Below, in pieces: positions 11,506 through 47,244 of a DNA stretch of 64,000 bases. The stretch lies in the NCBI RefSeq assembly GCF_964204645.1, contig NC_134031.1:6014001-6078000 (forward strand), written 5' to 3'. Source of the stretch: Tubulanus polymorphus (lineage: Eukaryota > Animalia > Nemertea). Both the position numbers and the translations under genes were made by a program. Below the pieces are notes generated by a model. The model saw only the letters and a list, made by a program, of their open reading frames with translations, had not been told where the DNA came from and did not search any database. Within the stretch, counting starts at the first letter, position 1. Every line of letters starts with the position of its first letter.

Positions 11506-14500
11506 GGGCTTAATAAGTTAACTGGGTAAGACAACTGTACCAGCCAATCATCGATAACCAAAATAATTATCAGCAGACTTTATGACGACCCAGCCAATCA
11601 TATCAATTATTCTAGGTCACCTGACCAAGGAACCACCTAGAAGACCTGATCAAGTGGCAGCAAGAAACTACCATAGTGAAAGCTGGGGAACATGTTTCTG
11701 TCTCTTGCTTCCGTGTGCTTTAGGCTTCAGGGCCCAGTTGTTCGGTCATGGCTGTAACTTAAAACATGGTCTAAAGTCTTTAGACTGGTCTCAGGTTGTT
11801 AAATTAGCTATCGAACGTAGACGGTTTTAGACTATAGTCTTAGCGATGATTGCGAATCTGGCTCCAGGTTGATGGCGCGTTGTCTGGTTGGAGTTGATTG
11901 AAGAGACCGCGGTATCAACGATGCGATCTCTCGATCGTGTCGGCGTTCCTGCGCGGCGGCGTTCCCGCTTGCCACTGAGATGGATGTCAGCGATTCACGA
12001 GAAAATAAGACCGTAAACTCGATCTTACACGAGGATTACTGTATTGACCGTGTTATTGATTGAGTGCGCGTTTTCCCCGTCTGCGAGACTCCTTCCGCAA
12101 ACTCCGCGATTATAACCGCAGATAATAAGCCTGTCACCGCAACACCCCCTCGTGACCACGATCAAAATACACCAATTGACTCTCGTATGAAGCTTCAGGC
12201 GGTTCTTTCATTATCTTCTGGATTATGGATTTGACGAACTTGAAATGATGGGGGAGGGGAAAAAATCTTTTTTTTTAGGTCATTTCGGATAATGTCTGTG
12301 CACCGCGATTTTTTTGTATGCGATGTCTAAAGATGATACGGCAATGGAAAAAAATATTAAACCTCATTCTTTTTTTCCATATCTTTGTTTAAAATTGAGG
12401 GGGCACTGAAAATAAATTATCGTTATACCTAGTTTCCACGATCAAGGATTTCAGGCCTATAGCAAATAATTTCTAATGAACAGGTCCTCATTCCAAAAAT
12501 GGCAACCCTAAAGGCCATTTTTAGGCAATGCTGATTGGACGAATAGAATGTGCTGAAATATTTGAGAAAGAATTTTTAAAAAAACCATTTTGGTCGAATT
12601 TTTCACCAGGAGTGATTTAGCACGTGGGAATGACGTGTATTGTTTCCCAATCAAAACTAATCACTAATAACATCAATACGCCACGATGCGGTGTACTAGC
12701 AGTCCATCACCGATTTATACACCGTACTGCGGTGTAGACACACTGAAAGGGTTAAACCTGTCCATTGAACTATGCACTTTGAAAAATAAAATCCTCTATG
12801 AATTATTGCTTCCAATCGATCAATGAAGGACAATATTTTTATTCATGACGAGATTTACTGAATAATCTCGCTGCTCGTCGCGGCCTAAGTGCGATGTTAC
12901 GCAGCTCGGAAATGTTATTCCGATGAATGAATTTCTCTGATGTGTTGCACCTTCCGACCTCTCTACAGGTATATCGGTATCCGCCAATGATAACATCTTT
13001 CATCTTTCACTGCTGGTTCGCGTGGTTGAATGCCGGTACCGGATACCCCGCTTCTGCCAGCGCTGCTGCTGATGCTGCTGGTGCTAGTACTCTATAGTGA
13101 AAGCTGTTACAGCAACTATTCATACAGCGAATGATGTCATCTTGACTTTCTGGGAATGAAATCTCATGCTCTGATTCATATGTGTATACGCGTACTGGTT
13201 TCGAATCCTGTATCCTGGAGGATTCATTTCCCCATTATTACTCTCCTATCTTGAATGAGGTATATATCCTGGAGGATCCAGTGTAAGAGTAATATTTCAG
13301 ATATATGAGAAAGATGGGTGGGACCCAAACTTGTATCATGTATCCTGGTGATGGTTTCATGTATCCTGGTGATGGTTTCATGAAAATGTTTAAGCTTAAA
13401 ACGGTTAAGTTAATTGAATTGTTTTCCTCATTGAAAACATGAAGTAACCAATGGCAATTACACCATAAATTTTAGTTAAACTTTTTCGTGAAACCAGACC
13501 CTGGAGATGGTAACTGAATGGCAAAAAGCCCTCTGCGCCTCAAAGGAAGTCTAACTTAATCTTGGAGTATTGCCAAACCCTCGCAGGACAGAGTCGTCTG
13601 CTACTGATGAAGGTAGTGGTTCCTGGAAAGGATTCCTAGTACAGGTTCCCTGATTCCTTTTAAACTCACAGAAAATGCGGTTAAAGGTGCTTGAAACTCC
13701 TTTCATTCGAGCAATATGCCCGAAACTCCTTAAAATCTAAATTTTGAGATATGCTGATTAGAAATGTCTGTAGTTAATAGTAGACTATACCTAAATCGGG
13801 ATAGTTAGAACTGGGATTTTTTTCTAATCAGAAACTGAGTTTATGTAGCGTAAATGATAAAAATTTGTTTTCAAAACCACTGAATTAACAGTTTACCGAG
13901 ATAAACATCGCCGATTTAGGATTAGTCTATACTGTAAGACTGGGATGAGAGTGATACAAAGGCTTCCTCGAAATTCAAAATTCTCTCCTTTAAAACTCCT
14001 TATATCCGGGAATAACTGATTCATGGGACCCGGTAATACGTTGGTAACCTTAAGTGCCGAGGATCGGGGAGAAATCCCTGTATACACGTTCGGGAAGAAA
14101 GAAGCATCGATTTAATGGTATTAACCTCCGAACAGTGCTTTTGACCAGAAAGGTTTAGTAGCCAACCGTACATTATTCGCGTCTAAAAATAATTTTTGAT
14201 TTTAATGGATATTTCGTTCCGTAAACATTTTTCGCAAAGTACTTTCTCCGCGCGCGCAAACTCTATCTACTAAATCTATGTCTAGACCAGCGGCATCAGT
14301 CAGGGTCAAGGTCGTCGAATATTTCCCCCAGGGATCTGTTGTTCAATGTTTTATCGGGGTAATAAAAATGATGTATCATTGAATCTCTCGGCCGACTGTA
14401 GTGTGTACTGTTTAAACCGCTATTCTGTCCACCGTGTGTTCTGTTCGCTGTACACGCGATCAATTCGATTTGAATATTCTATGTTCATTTCGCGTTCAAG

Positions 14501-17079
14501 AGACCGGCCGCGTAGCCTGAGGATATTGCGCGTGGGGTTTATGGTCCGGCTGTAACTGAACGGGGGGGGGGGGGTACTGGAGAAAATCAGATATGAGCAA
14601 CCACTTGCATTTTTACCCGGGTTACGCGTCTCCAATATGCTAGAAACGCAAGGAGTTTTCCGCAAAAACCCGGGTTTTAGAAATTGTGGTACACACTCTG
14701 CATTGGACCCGCATTAGTGTAAAACTCGGCATTTTCTCTAGTGTAGACAGTGAACCCGTGTTCAATGCAGCGTTCGGGTGCCACGATTGACCTTGAACTA
14801 CAGATGTGGATTCATACTACTGAAACTGCGTTAAGTGTGGACGCTACTCGCTGCGAATGGGGGTTTACATCGAACCTACGCACATCGAAACGCGGGTAAC
14901 GAGCTAGTGTACGTGTGGTTAGAGCGATTTCCGTTGATATAACGAAGGTATAAGTAAATGAACAAATTTGATACGCTGTCCATATACTATGCTGTAATAG
15001 TTGTAACGTTTTCTGCGTGATATTTCCTTTTGAATTGAAAATGAGCGAAACGAGATATGTTTTGCGCGGAAACCACCAGGCCCAAACCCCCTGCGCGATG
15101 AGCCTGTTTAAAGACGGACTTGCGAAGCCAGCTATCCAACCACATGGCGTCGCTTAAACCTAACCAACGGTCTAAAATTATTTTTGATTTAAGATAACGG
15201 ATTAACCTCAGTTGGTCGCGACCCTATAGCATGTTTCATAGCGGTCCTTAAAAGTCATGGAATGGGAATGAGTCAATTCAAGGCCTTGAAAGTCATGGAA
15301 TGGCCACTAAAATCCTTGAATCGGGGTCATGGTCCTTGAATGACCACAAAATACATTTTGAAGCTTTTGGTCAGGTATAATCTATTGTATAGGCCTACAT
15401 TGTGTCAGATCTGGTCATTGTATTATTTGGTCCAGTGCACTAGTCTGGTAAGTCAGTGGAGAATGGGTGGTCATTTTAGCGGTCATTGATGGACAGCATT
15501 TATTAACAGTTGGTACAATTCAAATCGGGTCATAGGATTAGGGTCAAAAAGGTCGTTCAATGTGATGGAACCGAGACTGGTCATGGAGACTTGTGTGAAC
15601 AGTGCTATAGACCCGCCCTCGCCTTTTTATGCAAACGGGTATTCAAGCCGACAGAACGATGAAATGATACTCCCCTGACACTTATCTGCAACATACGCGT
15701 CTTATTAGATTAAGAAAAAAACCAACGCGTGAGCGCACGATGATCTCTTTCTTTCTTTCCTTTGATGTTTATATTGTCGGCGTACCGAGGGATAAAACCG
15801 TATTATATACAAACTATGTATATCGGTGATACGTCTAATAATTTCCGGCTGAAGAATCTATTATCAGTAAAATCATTTCTCGTAATAGTCTCGACACGCG
15901 TAGATACACGGGTGAACTATATTGCGTCTGATATGACGGTTGTTCTGTGTTGTTGCGTTATCGGAAAAACAGACGCGAATAGAAAATCGACACGGAGGGC
16001 TTCTTTCCGTAGACAGTCGGATTAGTGCCATGTCGTCGAGGCTTCGATTCATCGTAATAACGATTATAATTATTTTTCCGAACGCTTAATAGTATTAAAA
16101 ATCTGGACTCAGTTTTCGCAAAAAAAAATTAACTCAAATTTTTTGTGTAATTGCTATTGGTTACTTCATTTTTTCAATGAGGACAACTATTTGAACTTAA
16201 ACCGTTTTTGGCTTACAATTTTTCCTGAAACCGGGCCCTGTTAACGGGTTTTATCTTTTTGTGATCTCGTAGTGGGTTGGGTCGATTGTCTCTCGTATTT
16301 ATTTCATTGTTTCTATCTAATTTTAAACCTCGGTGTCTCTTAAGGCTGGATGAATTGGTGGATTTATGGCATGACCAGCCCCCTCTATATGATGTCACCT
16401 TATGATACGTACCTTTATACCTTTTTATACGTGCCTTTATACCTTTCTGAATGATACCTATATTGCTCAAGGTTGAAGACCATTTTTTTCAATTTCTATT
16501 TTTTTGGGATCGTTTTCCACATTTTTACACCCCGAAAACCTTGAACCCGCCAAACTAAAAGAACACTTGTTTACCAGCATTAAGTCATAGCTACAATGGC
16601 GATATATCTATATATAGTCAATACAAAGGGATGATAATGATGTATGGTAGACCTAATTATCCGTACATTCAATTCAACAAGTCCCGCTAATGTTTATATA
16701 CGTTTCTAAATGACTGGTATTATCCAGACAGCAGTTCTCCCCTCGTCTCTCCCCTCGTCCCTCTCTTGCTCTCGTTATATGCCAGAATTGACATGATTAT
16801 AATCGCTACTCGGAGACAGATCTGACACGGATTCGACTCTGCTCCGTTGAGCTGTGACGACGACGAGCTCTTCCCCACGATCTGTCGTGCGATCGCTTAA
16901 TACGATCTTCATTTCATGCCGTTAATCTCGCCATTCACCTCGATCTGCCGACAGTTTTTTTTTTTTTCTCAGTATTTGTTACTATCTTATAATGAGAAAT
17001 ACTGATTCGATTCATTTTGATTCATACAGAAATATGAAAGATGTAACTGATGGTCTTATTGTTGATTACTGATTATTAA

Positions 17080-17386
17080 CCCTTTCAGTGCATCTACACC
17101 GCAGTGCGGTGTATAAATCGGTGACGGATTTTGCTAGTACACTGCACTGCGGTGTATTGATGTAATTAGTAATTATCCTTTCTCAAGGTCAATTGTATCT
17201 CAATTGAAAGATGGCAGGCAGCACCTGTCAAACATAGTGAAATCTTAGTAACCAATGATACACTGTGCCGCAGTGTATAGGTACTATATTGGTATTCCTG
17301 TTATTCAACACATTAGGGTGGAATTTTTCAAAATTTTTGAATTATCTCCAGCACTACAGGGTATTAATTAGTCAGCACTGAAAGGG
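17080..17386. mobile_element. TTAA-specific (piggyBac-type) MITE, family A
   Basis: TTAA|CCCTTTCAGTGC...GCACTGAAAGGG|TTAA. Confidence 0.88.
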
Positions 17387-18139
17387 TTAATTTGAACATT
17401 ATCTTTCATATTTCAATGAAATGTTACTGAACGAAAATTCAATTTGTTCTTGATAGCACTTTTCAGTAGTCGGCAGCCCTGTTTATCTATTTATCCAATT
17501 TTCCATCGTTAAGACAAAGCGCGTAGGTTTAGGACTACATCTGAGACATTACTAATTATACATCAACTAAAAGATAGACAACTCCAATTCACGTTTCAAA
17601 CCCGGAAGCTTTATCTAAGTCACGGAAAATCCTGAAGAGATTATCGTTAAAAAGCCCCGAGTTTTTTCAATTACATTCCGGGATTTTCCGGGTGATCTCG
17701 AAATACTTATAAAGAAGTTGGGGATTGTCGTATAATATCCAGTATTCATCCGTGAAACAATAGTCCGAATTCTATTCGTTATTACGACGATCATTAAGTT
17801 CAGGAAGGTTTTACCAACAGAACTATGAATGATTGATACGGGATACTCCCCTATACACATGCATTAGATGACACGCCAGTAGATGACTTCATTTTCATCA
17901 TGAATGTTCACGTCAAAAGAGCGCTTTTTAGAAAATCGGCTTCTCAGTTGGATAGGTTCTTAAAAAACGGTCGGCGACGCGATCTAGTCGGTAGTGAGTA
18001 AAACTATTTTCAATGCAACGGGTTGCGTCTGGATTTTCGAAATTGCCAGCCGATATATGATCTCGGATGAAATTATATTTCGCATCGGGCCTTCGATTTA
18101 TTTTCATATCGGCTTATGATATTTGTGTCACCTTTAATA

Positions 18140-18583
18140 CACAGCTGCCAACTTTTCCTGATTTACAGATATTTGCTAATATTTTATAATGAGAAATACT
18201 GATTTGATTCATTTTGATTCATTCACAAATATGAAAGATGTTACTGAGGGTCTTACTGTTGATAACTGATTAATTTCAAGAGGCGCAGTGGCCGAGTGGG
18301 TTTAGCCGCCGGTCACTGGTCTCGTCGATCCAGGCTTTACGGGTTCGAACCCTGGTGGTGACAGTTTCTTATCTTAGTCGAACGTTCTTCTCTGGTCTCT
18401 CCCCCATTGGGAAAAAGAAACATGGAACCCGCTGCTAATAATGCCTTGCGTGACGCTCAGTGGGTTGAGGGTATTTGAAAAAAAATTGATTTCAACATTT
18501 TCTCTCATATTTCGATGAAATGTTACGGAATGAAAATTCAATTCATTACTGATAGCACTTGATCTCAGAGGTTGGCAGCCCTG
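18140..18583. mobile_element. MITE with CAGGGCTGCCAAC-type TIRs hosting the SINE; paralogue at 16945-17481
   Basis: Imperfect TIRs and a colinear internal match between the two copies. Confidence 0.75.
18280..18485 (+). mobile_element. tRNA-derived SINE
   Basis: A box TGGCCGAGTGG, B box GGTTCGAACCC, unique tail, A8 end, TSD TTAATTTCAA/TTGATTTCAA; degenerate relative at about 36474-36853. Confidence 0.8.
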
Positions 18584-19445
18584 TTAGCGTGAAGACGAAC
18601 AGGAAATCAATCTATTTCTATGTGTCTTTCACAGGAATTCTTACGGCCTTCATTTCTTGGCTTCGGTTTTCTCGGCGCATTTCTAGCTCTATTTTCATTG
18701 TTTATATATTGCGCATTGGATACTATATTGTTTACACTTGTTGCTGTTGGCAATAATATGCACGGGGCGCACGTTATTGAGCTAAATCAATTGATAGTCA
18801 TATTATCGATAAAATCAATACGGTCGTTGTCGGCGCTACGTAACTGACCTCATTACGTTATTGATTTCTAGATATATAAAACAAGCATAGTTTACTCGCA
18901 AATTGAACGATTCATACTCGAATAAATAAATGAACATGGATTTTCCCTCAGTACGGCAGGGGTGTAGAGTCGAGGTTATTTTTTCGCTATATCGCCAAAA
19001 AGCAGTGATTTGTGAATTTACAAATATGTCCCGAAGGGATACCGGCACTCAACGGACGGTGTAACAAAACACGGGGTCTTTAGGAATGAAAATCAGTTCA
19101 TTTCAAATGAAATTCGAACTTGATTCATAAGCTTCCAAATCCGAAAAATATCGAAGTCATAGATATTAGATTGGCTTTCTCGCATAGTGTATGGTATAGA
19201 TTTCACTGAAAATCGATTTACAAATCTGAAAAATAGATTCGAATTTGATTGAAATCTAGAAGGAAGTTGAAGCGCGGTGACCCAGTGCCACTAGCGATCC
19301 TGGTGGATCATCGCTGAATCCTCGCTTGCCACAGTAGGGTTGCCAGTACCCCGAATATGCGAGCATACAAAATGTTGCAGTCAGTAAGTGTCACTGGAGA
19401 CATGTAGTTGAATGTAGTCAATCAGAGGCATTCATTTTGATTAAG

Positions 19446-19536
19446 CCACATTATATATAAGTCCCACATTATATATAAGCCCCACATTATATATAAGTCC
19501 CACATTATATGTAATGTGGGACTTATATATAATGTG
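19446..19536. repeat. 18-bp tandem units ending in a perfect 25-bp-stem palindrome
   Basis: CACATTATATATAAGTCC x3-4, then arms 19483-19507 / 19512-19536. Confidence 0.85.
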
Positions 19537-20687
19537 TTTAACTTATACATAAGTTTTCAAAAGTCATGACTTTCAGTTCGTATCATATCTAAATGAGTTT
19601 GTGTCGGTTGAAATTGGTGATTTAACAAAATAGGGTGACTCCGTTGGACTTGCTTTCAGCAACGGCGAGAAATTCCAGAACGTGTTGACCATCGTGATGA
19701 TAAAAGTTTTCCAATGACGTCGCGCATGGTTTTTACCCAAATAAGGGCGGTTCCAGCTTCAGTTACCGAGTACTGCACGGTCTTGTATCACTAGTGCCAC
19801 AGAGAAGGGTGAGGTTATCGCAGGCCAGAAAGCTTCTCGAATTTTTACCACATCCAGATGCAATCTGGATGTTTTGGAATTTCTATGACCACCAGATGCA
19901 GTCTGAGCATTTGCAGAGATGTCAAATGTAATTATCGGCGACACGTCTAAATTTTCTTTTTTTTTTGTTATCCTATTATATTCGAGCCGTTCATCCGAGC
20001 TCTGTGAGATAGAACTTTGCGGATCCTCCGCTGACAAGTTAGTTACAAGCTTTAATGCAATAGATACAGCACAAGCTTATTAAGAAATCATATACAGCAG
20101 CGTAAGAAAATATTGAATCCATTCGACCGACTATGCCTCAAAGGGAAATTTCAAGGCAATTTTAAAAATCGACATGATCAAACACAAATATTGTGAAAAC
20201 CGTTCTGTTTCCGGAGGTTTCAAGAGAAGGTGGTTGCGTATTTGATAGCATATGTGCGCGGGGCTGAATAGATCCAGTTTGTGTCAGGTTCGGTTTCTAT
20301 TGTGTATTGTCACACTCGATGACTGTCTCGTTCCCGCTATTATACGGTAAATGTTTTTCCGAGAAATCGTGAAGTAATTGAATTCATGAGTGTTCAGTCG
20401 GATGCTAGACATGGGAATTCAATAGATAGGCGTATACTGTAAGTTAAAACTTATAATGCGATAATGTCTGGTTTAAAAGCAGCGCTGGGTTCAGCGCTAT
20501 ATACCAGTGGTACGTAATACACGGGTCCAGCGCCAAATCAGGGGGCCCATTTCATGGAATGACTTATTGAGTTTTCTTTCACCAATGAAAATTTAATGAA
20601 TCGTTAAATTCCTCTGCGAAATGTCCCTCGGGTCCCCAGTCAAAATGTTCAACTTTCGAACTGACAACTGATAACCAGCAACTGAGG

Positions 20688-20975
20688 GTAGAACTGGGTT
20701 CCAGGTGTTTTTAACCCATCTAAAGATAGAGCTGATTAAACCCATACCTGTTGAACTTGGTCACTATCTTAACTTAGGGACTATATCTGGTAGAACTGGG
20801 TTCTGGGTGTTTTAAACCCACTAAAAATGGAGCTGATTAATCCCATACCCTACTGAACTGGGTCCCTTTCTTAACTGAGGGACTATATCTGGTCGAGCTG
20901 GGGTCCGGGTGTTTTAAACCCATTAAAGAACTGATTAAACCCATACCGTATTAAACTGAGTCCCTATCTCAAACC
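20688..20975. repeat. ~102-bp tandem repeat x3
   Basis: GGTAGAACTGGGTTC..GGTGTTTT..GAGCTGATTAAACCCATACC recurs three times. Confidence 0.8.
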
Positions 20976-21062
20976 TGTTTATGTCAAAACAAAACCAACA
21001 TGTCTATTTTGACTGAAGTTTTTGAGTAAGATTTGTTTTAACAGTCTGATTATTTTTTTCAG

Positions 21063-42547
<21,485 letters not shown>

Positions 42548-42767
42548 CCGCGATTGTGTCGAGATATCGTGTTATACGGAGATTTCAAAAAACATCGGTT
42601 CGCGAAATGATTCGATTCGAAAATATGTGATGAATGTAGTTTTTATAAACAGGAGGCGTTATTGTGAGCTTAGATTTCATAAATGTAAATGTAGTGCATA
42701 TGGCAAACAATTAACCCAAATCGAGCATTTTACTTGAACATTTCATTAATGTAGAGAGGCTATTTAA

Positions 42768-42920
42768 CCCTTTCAGTGCGTAACTGATGATACACTGCAC
42801 TGCGGTGTAGATGCACTTTATGCGGTTTATGCCCGTGATTGAACACACTGGAGTGGAATTTTAAAATTTTCCAGATTATCTCCAGCACTTTAGGGTATTA
42901 ATTAGTCGGCACTGAAAGGT
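42768..42920. mobile_element. family A TTAA MITE, internally deleted, in the inferred ABL 3' UTR
   Basis: TTAA|CCCTTTCAGTGC...GCACTGAAAGGT|TTAA. Confidence 0.8.
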
Positions 42921-45900
42921 TTAATGAATTGATTTAGGTGGATCCATTGAGACTTGTACAAGTCCATTGAGTGCCCTATTTCATTTTGTCAACAAAGATG
43001 ATAGGTGCATTTCAGCACAGGAGTACGCCTAATATCGCGTTTTTGGAAATCTAAGTGCCCTTTTTGGGCTTGACAAGTTCTTCAAAATTAGCTCCTCAGT
43101 GTGGGAGTTCACCTTTTCGGACACGGTGTCAAATTGTCCTTTTGAGTTGGGACAAGTCCTTTAAAATTGGCCTCTGAATCTACCCGCGACAGGAATATCT
43201 GCTATCAATTTTCAACGCCCTTCCTATGCCACTGCCATTATCACCAATAGCAGCCATTGCTTAAATGTCGCGTAGATCGAAAATCATCTCACAAAAATGC
43301 CTCCGGATTGATGTTCGCTTTGCTACACGGCCATTACTATCAAGAACCTACCGTAATCGATCTATTTATCGTAAGAAGCCATGTTCTACTACCCCACCCC
43401 CTGCATCTCAACCCTAACGCATATATACCTTATCAATACGAAACCATAAAAACAATGTATGAATAGAACATAAAAAAGTCAGTTTCATGGCTTTATTTCC
43501 TTAGAACTATGCTCAATTCGAAACCATAGTCATTTATTTAACCTCGCTCTGATTCGATGTCGACCATTTTATAATCGCTCGCCGTAATTTATTAAGGAGC
43601 TGGATTCCTGAATGAATTAAACCTTAAAAACAATAACACGATAGCGTTCGATTTCGCTTAACTCGCGAAAGCAGAACTGGTCCCGTAGAGACTATTAAGC
43701 ACGTCGAGTCTGCAAGTCGTAATTATTGATGAACGTTATTCTTACAATCATTCGCTAGTGCTACTGCTTACAACAACGGCATTAAATATATCGAATATCA
43801 AAACTATATTTCTGACGTCGATGCAGAAATGATTCTCATGTTCATTGATTCGAAACAGTTCAAACTCGTGCGATAAAGTGGATGACGCCGCTTTTAGGCA
43901 ATATCGTCGATCCGCAGCCTGGAACCGTCGCAGAGGGCTCGGTCCAGGCTGCTTAACTGTATTAGATAAACCGCGTTGAGTTGACGACGCTAAGAAGAAA
44001 TGTACGAAACGAAAATATTTTCTATATAATTCATGAATGTGACGAGAGCTTTGTTACTTTTCCTCTTTTTCTTTTCTCTCCTTTCTCGCACTCGAATCGA
44101 CGAAATATGATGTAAATATTGAATACTGGTGCTTTAAGTGAAGTGTATTTGTAATATTGTGATAGCAGATTTAATGTGTAAAAACGTGTTGAGAAGCGGA
44201 GAACAATGATTCGGTCCGAAATCGGATTATTTCCTTTTTTTTCTTCGACAATTTTTTTTTAACCGAACTATAGTTTACTATCATGAATGCTTAATATTAG
44301 TACAATGTCGGTCATGTTCGGTACAGTCGTAGCTGGATGGCCAAATGCGAGTGAATAGCTGTGAATTTATTGAGGTTCCTCTGTCGCAAATTGTTAAGAA
44401 CGAAGACCGGTCTTGATCCTAGCTTATTTACCAGTTTTATACTCGTAAAGATTTGTAGATTTTTCTACCCCGAAGCCAGTTCAACAGTTGCGAAAAAGCA
44501 GATTCCCAATGATAGTAATACGTGGCCAAGATTTGTCTCTCAGTTGTATAGTCAATACTATCGTCAGTTCATTATCCTGCGATGAGAACGTGTGAGATGA
44601 ATAATTGTTTTTTTTTTTTCTAAGATTAGAAATTTCCCCGATGAATTTAGCTAGAATTTTTTGTGTGTAAATATTAAGTGAATTTTTTCGATGACAACAC
44701 AATATGTACTTAATTAATGAACTTATTGAAAATAGCACGTTGCATGTGTGAATGTGTGCATGCTTCGCGTTCAGTTGATATGATCTACCAGAATCTACTA
44801 CCGGTAACTTATAAAACCCTAAATTGTAGAGGCCTGTGTGTCGAGATCCCCTCTTGATACAGCCATTTGCCTTGCGGATCTTAGTGGTTTGGTCCACAAA
44901 TATTGTGTTCGTGGGACTGAGTTCTTGAGGGATTTTCTGCTAGAGCGGTGGTGGCGTAAGCGCAATTCCTATGTTGATCAAATTCCTAGAATGAACTTTG
45001 GCAGTAGTACTCGCTTAATTCGGATTCTCTAATCGGATTTTCACTGATTTCGTCATTGGAGGGGTAACCTCAGGCATCGTTTCAAACTCCACAAGATCAG
45101 GAGCTAAATAAATCCACACCACTAAAGCCAGGCGTGTGGATACCTGGTATTTGCTAGGGAGGCAATTGAAGCTAGTCAAGTGAGATTCCAACCAGATTTA
45201 ATGTTTTTCCGAATTTTTCAAATTCGTCGAATTATTTAGCACAAGACCATCCATTTCTGGGCCGTTTACGAAACAAACATGATTCGCGAAACTCGACTTT
45301 TGTTTCAGTAAAAGAAAAAAAAAATTCTCAACGATCTCAAATTTTCTTGCAATTTAATGTATGATCTCTCGGTATAGAATTTGGTGCTTCTATTATGATC
45401 GCGTGTGTGTACTGAAGCGTCCATTAGCTCCTTTTACGTACCGGTAGATCATATTATACCGCCCCTAGTAGTGGTACGACGAATAAACTGCCGCTTGGCG
45501 GTAGATCGGTTAACCCATGCTGCCCTCTATAGTGTGTGGGAGATCAGTTGATCGGAGATTTTATGTAATTTATGTGTTTGTATGTTCTGTAATTTATGAA
45601 CGATGAATGTAAGTGAATTCACGATTTGTCCGAAAATCGATAATATGACATCGGTAATCGCGGTGTTGATAATTAGGGGCTTCGTGAAACGTTCGATAGA
45701 TTAATCGAAATCGTCGCTGCTCGTGATGGCAACGTGGTTCGAGATGTGTTCGCTAAAATCAAAGCATAATAATTGTCGTTTAGCGGTAATATTAGATACG
45801 CTGGGGTGGATCCAGGGGCATTTATGAGACTTGTACGAGTCATCAAATTTTTTTTTGTGCCCGTTTTCATTTTGTCAACAAAGATAATTGGTGCATTTCA

Positions 45901-46730
45901 GTGTGGGAGTTCGCTTTATATTGCCTTTTTGGAACATCAAAATGCCTATTTGGGATGTGACAAGTTCTTCAAAATTAGCTCCTCGATGCGGAAGTACATA
46001 TAATAATGCCTTTTTAGATGTCAAAGTGCCATTTTCGGATGTGATGAGTCCTTCAAAATATTGGCCTCTGGATCCACCCCCGAGAAAGAGAACATGGAAT
46101 TAACCACCACATATTGATGTATTATTACGTGATAAATCAAATCATTTAAAATAATAGTATCCATATTTAATACGACATTCGGTTGCTAGGTTTTTTCAAC
46201 CGATGATTTGAAAACGACAGTCGTACAGCTGAAACTTGCGAGAAACTGGCGATAGCCGGACGCTGTTCTCTGCTTATATTATTTACAGCGAAATTCTTGA
46301 TGGGGGCCATTTATTACATAGGTATATAGAAGAGGGAGCCAGCGGTTTGAATAATTCAGACGAAATTCTCGTGTACGGTAGACTCAACATACCCCCCTCC
46401 CTATTCAGAGTTGGTCAATCATTTTCTAGTCGTTCGATTAAAAAATTTGAACCTCGGAAATCGTATTCCTAGATATCTACTCAAAGGAAAGCCAACAGTC
46501 TGAAATGATTCCAGGTATGCGGAGTCTACCTGCATTAATGAAAGGAGCGGTGTAAAAAGAAAGATATTTTATGTAGATTCGCGAGCCCTTTTTGCTGATT
46601 AGGATGAAGGTTATGAGAATGGGAGTTGCAGCGCTCCCACAGCGCTCCCACACATTGTCTCTGCATTCTCTTGTATTTATGTATAATGTATTTGTGTTTA
46701 TATCCTGCGAATCAGTGTTTTTGGTAAACA

Positions 46731-46736
46731 AATAAA
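46731..46736 (+). terminator. likely ABL polyadenylation signal (about 4.2-kb 3' UTR)
   Basis: AATAAA followed about 30 nt later by a GT/T-rich tract; alternative AATAAA at 45482 and 46793. Confidence 0.4.
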
Positions 46737-47244
46737 AATAGCAAATATACATGATTCTATAATGCGTTTTGTTTTACGTCATGACTATATTCAATAAATC
46801 GTCGGCAGATTTAGTCTTGTTGACGCGCGGGTTGTTACAGTAGAAACCGCTTAATTCGGATCATTCAGGATCAGCAATCATCCCGTTTACTGGAAATCTG
46901 GATTTAAAAGTCATTTTCTTGTGTACTAGTGAACAAATGGACTAAATTGTCCAGTTCCACAATTCTGAGTTAAGACTTAACTCCGAGTTAACTCATTGAA
47001 AATGAACTAACTTTAACTCAGTTAACTCGAACTCACAACAACTGTGGAACTGGGTCCCTGATTAGCTCAAAATCCGGATTAAGCCGATCCGGATCTTTTC
47101 CAACACTCCCATAACTCGCTTCCACCAGGTGAAGATGGCCCTTTGATTTTTAATTTGCTGACATTTTATCTCCAAATTTAGTTTTTATCTTTTCTAATTT
47201 TAATATTTTATGTTCAATTTCTTTTGTAACATCGACTAATTTTT

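Noticed and set aside
13604-13629. CTGATGA...GAAA hammerhead-like text
   Set aside because: Stem II register is wrong and no stems I or III could be built
18280-18362. Functional tRNA gene
   Set aside because: No clean cloverleaf; followed by a tail, A-run and TSD, so it is a SINE
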